A stretch of DNA of 64,000 nt from the human T2T-CHM13v2.0 reference genome, Homo sapiens. Each line of letters begins with the position of its first letter. The stretch's first letter is position 1. The DNA lies in assembly GCF_009914755.1 (NCBI RefSeq), contig NC_060947.1. One strand, written 5' to 3'. Positions 1 through 14,386 of this stretch are shown one piece after another. Made by a program: the position numbers and the translations under genes. Below the pieces are notes generated by a model. It did not search any database. It was not told where the DNA came from and saw only the letters and a program-made list of their open reading frames with translations.

Positions 1-654
1 TCTCCGGAGCAGTTGCTCAACAGCCAGCCCCCTCCCCCATCCGGACCATTGAAGGGCAGAAAAAGGAGCGCCCTCCACCACATTTCTCTGTGCCCACATG
101 CCAGAAAGGGTCTCCCCCCTGGTGACTTCCTGTCATCTCCACTGCTTACCTCCTGGGGAGCAGGAACGAGAGGGGCTTCAAGCACTCAGCTTTGAAGCAC
201 AAAAGCCACCCCTTTCCTTTTTGGGGAGATGGGAGAGGAGGTTAGTTGCAGAGGCTGAGAGGGAGCAAAGGAGACATTTGCATTTCTCGGCAAAAATGCT
301 CTGATCACTGACTTCCCCGTTGGCTCCAGCAGAGCTCAGAGCTCTCCGCTGAACTCTTATCTCCAACTTGGCAACTAGACCGCGAGCTTGCGAAGCAAGG
401 AGAGGACAGGGATGGTCACCTACCGAGAACCTCTGTGCTCCAGCGCTGGGCCTGGCATGTTCCCCATCCATCATCTCATTTAATTCCCAGGACAGCCCTT
501 TGAGGTAGGGTTTACCAAAGGTGAATGAAACAGAGCCTCGGGAAATTGCCCAAGTTCACATAGCCACGTGGCTGAGTGTTTGAATCTGGGTCAGGCTGTC
601 TGCAAAGTTTTTACCCTCAGCCCTAATCCCCGCTGCCTAGGAGGGTAAGGAGGC

Positions 655-865
655 TGTCTAGAGTGCAGGTTCAGGGGTCAGTAGGCCTGGGTTTAAATTC
701 CTACTTTGCCATTTGTTAGCGGTGAAGTCTTAGGCCAATGGCTTCATGCTTTGGTCTTCAATTTTCCCATCTGTTAAATGGGGATAACAATGGTACCTAA
801 TCTGTGGGGGTTGCTTAGCCTGATTGGTGCCCGCAGTGTAGTAAATGGCCAATAAATGCTGTTAT
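655..865 (+). mobile_element. MIR SINE
   Basis: cctgggtttaaattcc...tcaattttcccatctgttaaatggggataacaat resembles the MIR core. Confidence 0.7.
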
Positions 866-1301
866 CGTACTGGACCTTCTGATTATTTTCCTTTTGCCTC
901 CCGTCCCTGCCTCAGCTCACACACTTCAGATTCAGTAATACTTGCTGAATGATTAATTTTAAAACCAGACTGAGAGGGGATGAAGGAGGTCTATAAACTC
1001 AGGGAGGAGAGAGAGAGAGAAAAATGCAGATTTCTTCTTAAAATCCCACCCTCCAGAACCAAGGACTGCCTGAGCCATATGACAGGAGTAAATTTGGGAC
1101 CAAAAAAAGGTGACCACTTTTTACAGGTCAGCCTATAAACTTACAGAGTGGTCTCCAGAAACATATACTCAATACGTGTGTAGAAAAAACTTTAAAAGCA
1201 CAAGTTTTTATTCAAGAATATTTACAGCAGAATTGTTGATAATAGTGGAAAATGAAAAGGAACCTAAATGTCTATGGTAAGGGTGTGTCCCTTGGTACCT
1301 T

Positions 1302-1302
<1 letters not shown>

Positions 1303-1335
<33 letters not shown>
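1303..1335. repeat. (CA)n microsatellite
   Basis: About 16 CA units seen directly. Confidence 0.95.
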
Positions 1336-1340
<5 letters not shown>

Positions 1341-1688
1341 GACTTTGAAAACTCTTATTCATAGGAAAATATTCATAACAAAATATGAAATAAAAAATGC
1401 TGGGTACAAAGTTGCATAAATATGATGCCAAGCTGCAAAGGGCACAAAGGGAACAAAATTAAATACTCACTATGTTTCCAATCATGTATGAATATGTACA
1501 GAAAGCGACAGTCTGGAAAATACCAAAATGATAACAGTGCCAGTAGAGTGGTAGGATTATGAGTGATTTTCTTCTCTTTTCCCCATATTATGCAATATTA
1601 TTCTTATAAGTAAATATGAGTTTATAGTTAATAAACTCCATAAATATTATGTTCCCACTTTTGTTAAAATATATGTGCATAGAAAAAA

Positions 1689-1776
1689 TATCCATAATCT
1701 CACTACTCAATTATAATCACTGTTAACACCAAAAATTGTTAACAGTGATTATAATTGAGTAGTGGGATTATGGATA
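1689..1776. repeat. Near-perfect palindrome, 40-bp arms, 8-nt loop
   Basis: 1689-1728 is the reverse complement of 1737-1776 at 39/40 positions. Confidence 0.95.
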
Positions 1777-2359
1777 ATATTTTTATTTTGCTTTTCTTTT
1801 TCTGCAGTATGATTATATTACTTTCTTACAATTAAAACAGATTCATAATTTGAAAAGTACATAATCAGAGGGATCCCACTTGGGTTAAGAGTATGAATGT
1901 AAATTGAAAAAAATGAGAAGGAAGAATACTAAAATATTAAGAGTTTTATATTAGGTGGTAAGGAATTATGGGTAATTTCCTCTCTATTTTCTGTAATCTG
2001 CTTTTATTATTTTTACAATTAAAATAAAATGTACCTAAAAATAACATATACAATATGATCCCACTTTTGTTAAAAACGAATATGTATATAGAAAAAAATA
2101 ATAAACTACTCCAAAATGTAGTAGTCTCTGGGTGGTGAGTTTATTAGTGATTTTTGTTTTCTCTTTCATACATGATTTCTTCATATGCCAAATTTTCTAC
2201 AGTCATCATGTATTAATTTTTTTAAAAAGTGTAAAGTACTTCGGTAATGAAGTTTTTATGGAAAAAAGAGCATGTCTGGGATTTGCTTTAAAACATTCCA
2301 GTTGAGGGTGGGGGGAAAGTGGACAGGGGATATAGATTAAATAAGATGATAATTGTTGA

Positions 2360-2704
<345 letters not shown>

Positions 2705-3560
2705 TATAATGTGTTCTTTACTCATGTATATGTTTTTTAATTTCCATAATAAATTTTTTACAACTATTTTTCATATACATTATCTCTTTTAATCTTATGC
2801 TACCCCTGTGGGGTCAGTTATCTCCATTTTATAGAAAATTGAGATTCAAAGAGGTGAAGTCACTGGACCTGTAACACAACTGGGAGGCGAGACTGGGTCT
2901 CCATACTCCAGTTCCAATTCCAAGAGCCCAGGGCTCTTCTACATATCCCAGTTGCTGCTGCTCTTTAAAATAACTAAAAATAATTAACACTTTGTCTGAC
3001 CATAAATGTAATTGTTCACTGCACAGAATTTGCAGGTAACAGAAAAGCACTAGGAGGAAAACATAATAATCAACCCAACTGCATCCTAGTTAACCCTCTG
3101 GTGTCTGGCGGTGCAAACTTCATCTCAGTTGCCTCTTACTCCAGAGGTATTGTGTGCTGCAAATTCTCAGTAAGAGTGGCTAGTCTTTCCTGATGGGCCA
3201 CCGAGTGAAGCTGCAACTCTTTGGGGCCCCTGTCACGTGTGGGTTCCCGGGAGATGGTGGGTCCTAACTGCCCCCCCGACCCCCCTTATTTCCCAGTGTC
3301 CCCTTTAGATACTTCAGCCAGGACCACGGTTTTAGGGGAAGTCCTGGTGGCCCTTTTCCTCTTGCTCCATGTGGAGACTCTGCCCAGAAGCCCCCTTAGG
3401 ATCCTGTGAGTTTGCAACCACTGTGAATATGCCTGTGCCTCCATTTCCCCATCTGGAAGATGCTAGTGAGAATAGCAGATGGGTCAGCCTCTGCCAGGGA
3501 GTGATGAGCTAACGTCTGTAGTGCTTTCCAGCCCCTCGGAGCAAGGTGCTGGATCCTTCC

Positions 3561-3644
3561 CGGCTCTGCGCCTGCCCCTGCCAGCCTGAGTGAGCGCCTG
3601 GGCGGCTCTGCGCCTGCCCCTGCCAGCCTGAGTGAGCGCCTGGG
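3561..3644. repeat. Perfect 42-bp tandem duplication (GC-rich)
   Basis: cggctctgcgcctgcccctgccagcctgagtgagcgcctggg occurs twice exactly. Confidence 0.97.
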
Positions 3645-5100
3645 CCTGGCCGCTCTGCGTGGAGGGAGTGGCCGCATTCCTCTGACCCAGGCCAACAGGC
3701 TTGGACAGGCACTCACTTTTGCTTCTGTGTTTAAAAAAAAAGGGAAGAAGAAGAAAAGAAGAGAAGAGAAGATGAATTGAAGAAGAAGGGGAACAAGATC
3801 AGTTACTAGGGGAATGGGCCTGGAGAAATAGAAAATTGAGAAGAGAGCAGAGCGATCACAGGGCATCCTTGGGCACCCCAATCAGCTTCGTAGATTCTAG
3901 CCCTGGTTTCCTGTTTACACATGGGGTGGGGGAAGTTTGGAAAGGGCCAAGAATTGGGTCTAGTTGAATTGATTCCCTACTTGATTTCCTGTTATTTATG
4001 CATAATGGGAAAACCGCAAATATACAAACAGCTCAGGCCACCCGGCCTCTTGAATCCTTAGGGGCCATCTTCACAGCTCTGTCCACCCCAGACTTCAGAG
4101 ATGTCATTCCAGTGTATGTCCCTTCTCTGTGCCCCCTTCTGGCATTCAACTTCATAAGAACCCTAGCCAGTCAACGCTATCATCCCCATTTTAGGAAGAA
4201 GGGCATCGAGGCACAGAGAGGGGAAACAAGCCTAAGATGACACAAAGGGTTAAGTGGCAGAGCTGGGATTCACAGCCGGGTCTGGCTCACTCCTGAGGCC
4301 AAACACCCCCCGCTAGGCTACCTTGTTATCGGTGTCCCCCTGTTATTGGTGTCTATGCTTTTCTTTCTTCTAGAATGGATGGTTCACCACACTCATTGCA
4401 GTAAATAGTCAACGCGTATGGCCAGAATGGATGCGTGGCCCAGATCTAGGGAGAACTCTTGAGGGAGGAGTCCAGTTAGGGGCTGGGGCAGCAATCTCCA
4501 GGGATGAGGTGCAGGTGGGAGAGGGCAGCAGCAAAGATGACTCTGAAAACTTTACCCAGGGAGAAGCCCAGGGTTCAAAGGCAGGGAGGGAGAGAGGTGC
4601 TGGTGTAGAGGAGAAAGAGAAGCAGCAAGCAGGCCTGGCCCTGGGCTGTTCGGGTGTCAGCAGTGAGGCTGGAGGCCTTGGGAAGGTGTGAGGCTTTGTG
4701 GGGGAAGAGAAACTCTGCTTTAAGCATGTTTAGTTTAAGCTGTTGGCAGAACATCCAAGTGGAAATAGCTCACACACAGCCAGGAATATAGGACTGGAAA
4801 GAAAGTGAGGTTGTGTCAAAAAGAGCAATCGGCAGGATGACTTTCGGCCAAACTGTGGGGAACTTTCCCCTGCTTCTCTCCATGGCACAGAGAGGGGCTT
4901 TCTCCTCAAGGGGCCTGGGGGACACTGGCTTTTCACTGCAGCCATCCCTCTCCCCTCTCCAGCCCCTCCAGCTCAGCACAATCATGGACACGTGCTTCAA
5001 ATCTCTAAAGGGCAGTGTGAGAGGATCTCAGTCCATAAATTTCCCCATGCCAGGGAGTGATAGGGGCCTCATCTCACGTTGCTAAATACATTTGGCTAGG

Positions 5101-5738
5101 CCTCAAGCATGCCAGGCCTTCCCTGGTTTCACGTTAGCTTCTAGAACACAGGCCTTTGGGGTCTTGTTTGCTCTCCTTTTTTGGCCACATGCCATTGTCA
5201 GGTCAGCACAGTGTCTCCCAGCTTACTTTGTCCTTAAGAAGGTGAGGCCACTTCAGTCTGGCCCTGCTCCCTGCAACAGCAGGCTGAAACTGCTCCCTTG
5301 GCCTAAGACCTGAGAGATTTTGCAACCCTTTGCCCTGAGTCTCATCTCCACGCTACGGGGATTTCCCTGGACTCCCCTTTCTTGGGGCCCAGCCCTCCTA
5401 GTCTCCCAATCCCATCTCAGCTGAGGCCTCACACTTCCATTCATCCATGGATCCCACTTTGCCCTTAGTAAGAGTCTCCACTGGCATGGAGAAGTCTCCC
5501 AGCTTGGACCACTGGCCCCTATTGCCTCTCTTGGCCCTTAACTTTGGGGCTGGGAGGCTGGCCTGGGCAAACATGGCTGAGTGAACATGGTTAGGAGTCA
5601 TTTCACATGCACAAACTGGGGGACTGGAAAGATTTCCACAGATCCCCACAGCCACAGAGACTTGTCCCCCTGTGTTCCCCGCAAAGGCCTGTGCTCTAGA
5701 AGCTAAAGTGAAACCAGGAAGGCCTGGCATGCTTGAGG
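5101..5738. repeat. ~58-bp inverted repeat (5101-5158 / 5682-5738) with 523-bp spacer
   Basis: The arms differ by 2 substitutions and 1 indel. Confidence 0.93.
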
Positions 5739-6590
5739 ACAAGATCAGTGCTGAAGATGGATTGAGGATCTGGGGTATCTCAGGGGGTCAAGGTGCAGAC
5801 TGCCGCCAGGCAAGCAGAGAGGACCACAGGCCTGGTTATACAAGGTAAAACTTTCCTGCCTAGATGCAGGGAGAGTGCCTCAGCTAGCACATACAGTCTG
5901 CTTGTACTAATTACAAAAAGGCACCTCCTCTGGGAGGAGCAATTAGAACCAGGTGCTGCTTCCTCTGGGCTTTGCACAACCCTCACCCCTGGGCCCACGG
6001 CTTTGCAAGAGGAACACAAGCTGAATTTCAGGGCACAACCTGCACAGACTTTGAGGCCTTGTAAAGAGATGAGTCTGGGTCACCACATGGCTTGCTTAGG
6101 TTCCTGCAGTGGCCCGGCACCCCTGAATATACCACCTCAAGGGAGAATTCTTCCTACTAGCTCTAAATAATAACATCAGTGGGAATGGTCACTGAACACT
6201 TATTAGGAGACAGATCCTCTCTGTTCCTAGTGCTCTGTGCTTATTCTCTCATTAAATCCCCCAATAACCTTAGGTGTTAGGTCAGTACTATTATTACCTC
6301 TTCCGTATTTTGCTGATAGGGAAATTGAGGCACAGAGATATTAGGCAGCTTGACAAGGTTATACACTTTGTATGTTTTGGGCCGAGAATCTTAACCAGGC
6401 TGACTGGCCCCAGAGCCTCTGCTGGTGACCACTGGGCCTCACTGTCCCCTAAGTAACGCCCGTTGCCAGTAGGGACCTGCCCCTTGTAGTTCATAAAGAC
6501 CTTTCCCATCCATGAGTAAAGTCAATTCTCACACAGCTTCCTCACTCCTTGGAATGTTGTCACTGTTACTATCAGGTCTTCCCTGATGAC

Positions 6591-6908
<318 letters not shown>

Positions 6909-7939
6909 TGAAGGGAGGAGGCTTGGAGAGGTGAGATGGCCTTGCTGAGGTCAGACAGCCAGCAAGTGAGGATGCTACCATTTGAATCTGTTCTTCCAGG
7001 TTCAATCTTTCTTTCCCCACTCTCTGACTGTGTACCCCATCTCCCTGCCTTCAGGTTCTCACCTTTCCTCAAAACTGAATGTCCGAGCTGGTAAGGACTG
7101 GAGAGATGACCTTATCTGACTTGTCACTCAGCGTTACAGAATAGAAAGTTAGCGCTCTATTGATACCTGGTTGGACTGGAGTCAGGGTAAAAAAGACAGA
7201 CCTGAGCAGAAAGAAATGTATTCAATGCAGAGAGAAAGGAGAACCAATGAGAGGAAGAGAAAGATAACAATGGGTGGGGGGATGGGGTGGGGTGGAGGGA
7301 AAGAATACGCAGATGCCTGGGAAGAAAACAAGGTAAGGAAAAGAAATCAAATGAGAAAGAAAAAGGCCCAAAGTGGGGTGAAGGCATAAGTGACCAGCCA
7401 TCTGGAAGCAGCACTGAGCTCGGCGGGGGCGTGTGTTTGTGAAGCAGGGGAGCTGGACCGACAGGTGCGAGGGCCCAGCTGCAGCCAGCCAGGAACTCTC
7501 CAGGCCCAGCGCCCAACCGGAAAGAAGGCATGGCCCCCGCAAGAGACTTCTCAAGGGAGATTTTGGCTGCAGGAATACAGGGAGGAAACTGCCTTCTTCT
7601 AGAGGCAGAGTAGACCCTCAGCAGGTCCAAGGTGGGGAGGCTTGCCTCTGAAGAGCTCCTGGGGTTCCAGGGGAGGAAGGTTCCCATGGCCTATCTTTGC
7701 ACTTCTCTTGCATTTTTTTCAAGCCTCTCCCAAGTGTGACCTTTGGAGTCTGGAATATGGATAATGCTCTGCTATGTTTGTATCTCAGGCTGCCTTGTCC
7801 TGGCCTTGAATGGTCCGAGGGGATTAGTAAATGCCAATTCGTGCTACCAACAGCTGAAACCCAACAGGAATAGGTAGGGAGGGGAAAAGGGCTGCCAGAC
7901 CCAACTGGCCACTCTCCCTCTCAGCTCCAGCTGTGGCCT

Positions 7940-8170
7940 AGTCTGATAGTGAGAGCACAGGGCTCCACCATCAAACTGTCCCTGGTTCAAGTCCTGAGGC
8001 TACCACTTCCTAGCTTTGTCTTTGGGCAAGTGACTTTGGCTCTTTGGGCCTCAGTTTCCTTACGTGTCAGGTAGGGGAAAATAAGAATGCCTACGTCATG
8101 AGGCTGTGCCAGGGTTGAATGACATAACGTCTATGGCTATAAACTCTCAAGTGCTGTACACATGTAAGTA
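7940..8170 (+). mobile_element. MIR SINE
   Basis: ggttcaagtcc...ttgggcaagtgact...cctcagtttcct MIR core. Confidence 0.7.
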
Positions 8171-8859
8171 ATTACTCTTCCCTGATCCCTCTTCCCTGCT
8201 GCTTGGGGGATGGAGTCAGCTTTTCAATCTGAGTCCAGTTCCAAGCCTGACTTCACCTCTTTGGCCCTGTTTTCCTCATTGTCACATATAACTGTGTGGG
8301 AAGTCAGGCCTCTCTGACCCACTGGGGTGGGATCAGGGCTGGCTCTTCTTCCCACACAGTTTTTCATTCAGGCCACAAATGTAAGCTGAGCCCCTACATG
8401 GCCCTTCTTCAGTCACCGAGGCCTCAGAGGGACCAAGGCACCACCTCAACCCTCAAGGAGTTCCCAATATAGTGGGGGAGATAGAAAAGCAGACCTTAAA
8501 ATGAAGTGGGAGATAGGTGACATCTGAGCTGAGGATCAGCATTCTCCAGGTATTGGGGACAGCATGGGCAAAGGTGCTGATGGGAGCTGGGAAACAGCAC
8601 AGGATGGGATCTATGAGGTTGCAGGAGCCAGACTTGGATGCCACGTTAAGAAATTCAGCCTTTATATTGTGGTCACTAAAGATGATGTGGGCAGATAAGC
8701 GTGGAGTCTGGTACAGACAGTTACTCAGTAAAGCATGCTCATTGCCTTGACTTTCTCTCTCCATCTTCCATCTCCACCAGTGAGCAAGCGAGCCAGCCCT
8801 AGGCTTCCTGGAGGGCTCCCAGGTCTCTGCCCTGAATATGGCCCCATAAGGGCTCTTGA

Positions 8860-9910
8860 GCCCCCTGTTTCCCTGCACATTTTCCCAAACTCAGTAAATG
8901 GCACCTCTGTTCACCCAGTTTCTCAGGCCCAAAACCTTGCTTTCATCTTTTTCTTTCTCTCTCTCCCTAGATCCAACTGATGAACAAATTCTGTCGGCTG
9001 TTTCTGAAATACAGCCAGAGGCCAGGTGCAGTGGCTTACTTCTGTAATCCTAATACTTAGGGAGGCTGAGGCAGGAGGATTGCTCAAGGCCAGGAGTTGG
9101 AGACCAGCCTGGGCAATGTAGCAAGACCCGGGTTGTAAAAAATAAAAATAAAAGAATCAGCAAGGCACAGTGGCTCTTGCCTGTAGTCCTAGCTACTCAA
9201 GGGGCTGAGGAAAAAGAAACACTTGAGCCCAAGAGTTCAAGGTTACAGTGAGCTATGATCACAACACTGCACTCCAGCCTGGGTGACAGAGCGAGACCCT
9301 GTCTCTAAAAAATTTTTTTAAATGCAGCCAAAATCCAAACCACTCCTCACCACTTCTATAGCCACAACCCTGGGCTGAGTCACTCTCATCTCTTCCCTGC
9401 AGTCACCCTCTGACCAGCTCTCTAGCCTCTGGCCCCTATTCCTCACACAGCAGCCAGAGGGGTCCTGTCCCCTCTGCTCAGGAGCCTCGAATGGCTCTCC
9501 ATCCCATACAGGGTAAAAGCCAAAGTTCTTACAGTGGCCCATGTCACTTGATCCTTCCTGCTTCTCTACACTCATTTTCTCCTACTCTACCCTCATTCCC
9601 TCAGCTTCACGCACATTGGCCTCACCATTTCTTGGATATGACAAGACAGTTCCTGTCTCAGGCTCTTTGCATTTGCTGTTCCCTCTGGCTGGGACACTCT
9701 TTCCCTGATGGCCACCTGGCTAGCTGTTCAGGTTTTTGCTCACTGTCACCTCCTCAAATGGGCCTTCCCTGGGCACCCTTTCTAAAATAGCCCTGTCCCA
9801 CTCAACTTTTATCTTGTTTGATTTTCTCCATAGTACTTACCACTGCTTGCCATATTGTATTTATTCTCTGTCTCTCCAACTAGAGTAAACACTCCATGAG
9901 AGCAGGCATT
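8860..9910 (+). mobile_element. L2 LINE fragment interrupted by Alu
   Basis: L2 3' motifs (cagcagccagagggg, ggctctttgcatttgctgttccctctg, ctagagtaaacactccatgagagcagg). Confidence 0.7.
9020..9313 (+). mobile_element. Alu (AluJ-like)
   Basis: Forward Alu flanked by the degenerate TSD aaat(a/g)cagcca. Confidence 0.93.
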
Positions 9911-10205
9911 TTGTTTTTTGAGACAGGGTCTCGCTCCATCGCCCAGGCTGGAGTGCAGTGTTGTGATCACGGCTCACCACAGCCTGACCTCCTGGGCAAA
10001 AGGATTCTCCCACCTCAGCCTCTCGAGTAGCTGGGACTACAAGCATGTGCCACCATACCTGGCTAATATATTTTAATTTTTTTTTTTGTAGAGATGGGTC
10101 TTGCTATGTTGCCCAGGCTGGTCTTGAATTCCTGGGCTCAAACAATTCTCCCGTGTCGGTCTCCCAAAGTGCTGGGATTATAGGAATGAGCTACTATACA
10201 CCCTA
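9910..10205 (-). mobile_element. Alu (AluJ-like)
   Basis: Reverse Alu dimer. Confidence 0.92.
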
Positions 10206-10632
10206 TCCTTTTAAGTCTCTGGTAACCCCAGGACCGTGCTATGGGGCTAACTGGTGGGCGCCTTTGGAGGAAGCATTCCAGTCTGGCAGGAAAGCTGCAG
10301 AGTAGTGAGCGGTGCCTACCAGCCTGGGAGTGGAGTGGCCCAGAAAGGATGGCCACAGTGTGGAGGGGATTAAGGGCAGATGAAAAGTGCTGAATACAGG
10401 GCATTAGTAGGCCTAAGAAATGGCAGTACCCATCCACTGTCCCCACCAGTCTACAGCTGTGATTTTGTGGTTTCTCTTCAGCCTGTCTCCTTTCACATAC
10501 ATATGTGCACATTAGTACCAATCCCCAGCTCACCCCTCATTCCCACCCTTATTCTACCTTTATCTTCACTTTCAGCTTGTGCAAACCCATGCCCTCCATG
10601 CTGCCCACAGTGTGACTCCCAACAGGGAATTT

Positions 10633-10935
10633 TTTGTTGTTGTTGTTTTGTTTTTGAGATGGAGTCTTGCACTGTCGCCCGAGCTGGAGTGCAATGGTGT
10701 GATCTCGGCTCACTGTAGCCTCCGCCTCCCAGGTTCACACCACTCTCCTGCCTCAGCCTCCTGAGTAGCTGGGATTACAGGTGCCTGCCACCATGCCTGG
10801 CTAATGTTTTGTATTTTTAGTAGAGATGGGGTTTCACTGTGTTGGCCAGGCTGGTCTCGAACTCTTGACCTCATGATCCGCCCGCCTCGGCCTCCCAAAG
10901 TACTGGGATTACAGGCCTGAGACACCACACCCAGC
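10633..10935 (-). mobile_element. Alu (AluS-like)
   Basis: Reverse Alu with TSD acagggaattt on both sides. Confidence 0.95.
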
Positions 10936-12504
10936 CCCCACAGGGAATTTCAAAAGGTATTTAGGTAGCTTTTGGGGGAAGATACGTTAGGATTGCACTG
11001 TATGTCTAGCACTAGCCTGAGCCTCTGGGAAAATTAGGATGGGCTCATGGTCACTGCTATTCCCTTTAATTCCTCCCAGCATTTACTGAGGTCCTACTAC
11101 ATGCCTGTCATGAGTGCTGGACCTGAAGAGATGGGAAAAGTCAATGAGTGTTGTCAAAGAGACAGGTAACTAAATAATAACTTACTATTAAGCATCTGAA
11201 ACATGCCCAATCTCACTAATAAAACAAAAAAAATGAAAATTCAAACAATGAGATAGTTTTACTTTTTAGGTGGGAAAAGATGAAGTTGTAGGGAGGGTGT
11301 GGGGGCAGCCACATTCACACAGCTTTAGTGGGACTGTGAATTGGGACAACACCTCTGGGAATCAAAACCTATAATCTCTTTTGTTTGTTTTAGGTTACAT
11401 GCCCTTTGATCCAGCAGTTTCACTTCTACAAATTTATCATGAGGAAATAATGCAACAAATGTGCAAGGGTATAGGTAAGAGGATCTTCGCTGCAATTTTT
11501 TTGAGGTGAATTGCGCACAATGGAAATTTAACAGTTTTACCCAATACAGAGAAAAAATAAATGTTTGAGGTGATGGATGTTCCAGTTCCCCTAATTTGAT
11601 CATTACACATTGTATACAGCTATCAAAATATCACACGTACCTCCAAAATATGTACAACTTTTATATATCAATTAAAACATAAAAAAGTAAATTAACCATT
11701 TTGAAGTGAAAATTCAGTGACATTTGGTACATTCACAATGTTGTGTAATCACCATTGCTATCTGGTTCCAAAACATTTTCATTACTCCAAAACAAAACCT
11801 GTACCCTTTAAGCAGTTACTCCCAATTTTCCCCTCTGCCCAGGCCCTGGTAACAACCAATCTGCTGTCTTTATGAATTTGCTTATTCCGGGGGTTTCATG
11901 TAAATAGAACCATACAATACGTGACCTTTTATGTCTGGTTTCTTTCACTTAGCGTAATGTTTCTAAGTATTGTATCAAGTATCAGTGCTTCATTCCCTTT
12001 TAAGGCTGAATAATATCCCTTATATGCCCATGTCACAATTGGTTTATCCATTCATCCATTGATGGGCATTTATTAGAATATTGTGGCATTTATTTCACTA
12101 CCTTTTGGCTATTGTGAATAGTGCTGTGATAAACATTCATATACAAATATTTCTTTGAATACCTGTTTTCAATTCTTTTGGATATATAGCTAGGAGTGTA
12201 ATTGCTGGGTCATATGGTAATTCCATGTTTCACTTGTTGAGTAGCCACCAAACTGTTTCCCACTGCGGCTGCACCATTTTACATTCCCACACCAAGGTAC
12301 AAGGATTCCAGTTTTTGTACATGCTCATCAACACTTGTTATTTTCTGTCTTTGATTATAGTGATCCAAATAGGTATAAACTGACAAGTGATTGCGATTTT
12401 GATTTGCAGTTCCCAAATGACTAATGATGTTGAGCATCTTTTCGTGTGCTTCTTGCCCATTTGAATATCTTCTTTGCAGAAATGTCTAATCAAGTTCTTT
12501 GCCT

Positions 12505-12784
12505 TTTTTTTTTTTTTTTTTTGAGACAGTGTCTTACTCTGTTGCCCGGGCTCTGGAGTGCAGTGGCGTGATCATGGCTCAGTACAGCCTCGACCTCCTG
12601 GGCTCAAGCGATCCTCCTGCTTCAGCCTCCTGAGCGGCTGGGACTACAGACGCAGGCCACCAAGCCTGGCTAATTTTATTTTTTAATTTTTTTGTAGAGA
12701 CAGGGTCTTGCTATGTTGACCAGGCTGATCTTGAAATCCTGGACTCAAGAGATCCTCCTGCCTTGGACTCCAGAAGTGCTGGCC
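12505..12784 (-). mobile_element. Alu (AluJ-like)
   Basis: Reverse Alu with polyT. Confidence 0.92.
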
Positions 12785-12846
12785 TCTTTCACTTTCTTGA
12801 TAATGTTTGCTGCAGCAAAAAAGTTTTTAACTTTGATGAAGTCTAA

Positions 12847-13149
<303 letters not shown>

Positions 13150-13321
13150 AAGGCTAATTTACCTATTTCTCCTTTTGTTGCTTGTGCTGTTGGTGTCATA
13201 GCTAAGAATCCATTACCAAATCCAAGGTCATGATCTACCCCCATGTTTTCTTCTAAGCATTTCATAGTTTATCTCATACATTTAGGTCTTTGATCCATTT
13301 TGAACTCATTTTTGTGTATAG

Positions 13322-13560
<239 letters not shown>

Positions 13561-14037
13561 TAAAGAGACTTCTTTTTCCCCATTGAATGGACTTGGCATC
13601 TCTGTCCAAAATCAATTGGCCATAGGTGTATTTCTGTACTTTCAATTCTGTTCCATTGTACCTATATGTCTGTACTTATGCCAGTAACACAATGTTTTGA
13701 TTACTATAGCTTTGTGGTAAGTTTTGAAATAGGGAATCATGAGTCCTCCAACTTTGTCCTTCTTTTTCGAGATGTTTTTACTACTTGGGGTCTCTGGAAA
13801 CTCCATATGAATTTCAGGATGGATTTTTCTATGTCTGCAAAAAAGTCTTTGGGATTTTCATAGGAATTGCTTTCAACCTGTAGATCGTTTTGAGTAGTAT
13901 TGACACCATACAACATGAAGTCTTTCAATCTATGAACACGTTTTTCCATTTATCTGTGCTTTGTTTAATTTCTCTCAACAACATTTTATAGTTTCAGTGT
14001 ACAAGTTTTTTGCCTCCTTGGCTAAGTTTATTCCTAA

Positions 14038-14386
<349 letters not shown>

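Noticed and set aside
1-460. Possible CITED1 promoter or exon
   Set aside because: Only mildly CpG-enriched, with no CITED1 coding sequence visible. Proximity to CITED1 comes from recalled gene order, not from this sequence.
3396-3881. 161-aa ORF with an internal peptide repeat
   Set aside because: The repeat only reflects the 42-bp DNA duplication, and the rest is low-complexity sequence.
7157-7687. 176-aa minus-strand ORF
   Set aside because: Translation of a purine/pyrimidine-biased tract (S/F/P/L-rich) with no recognisable homology.
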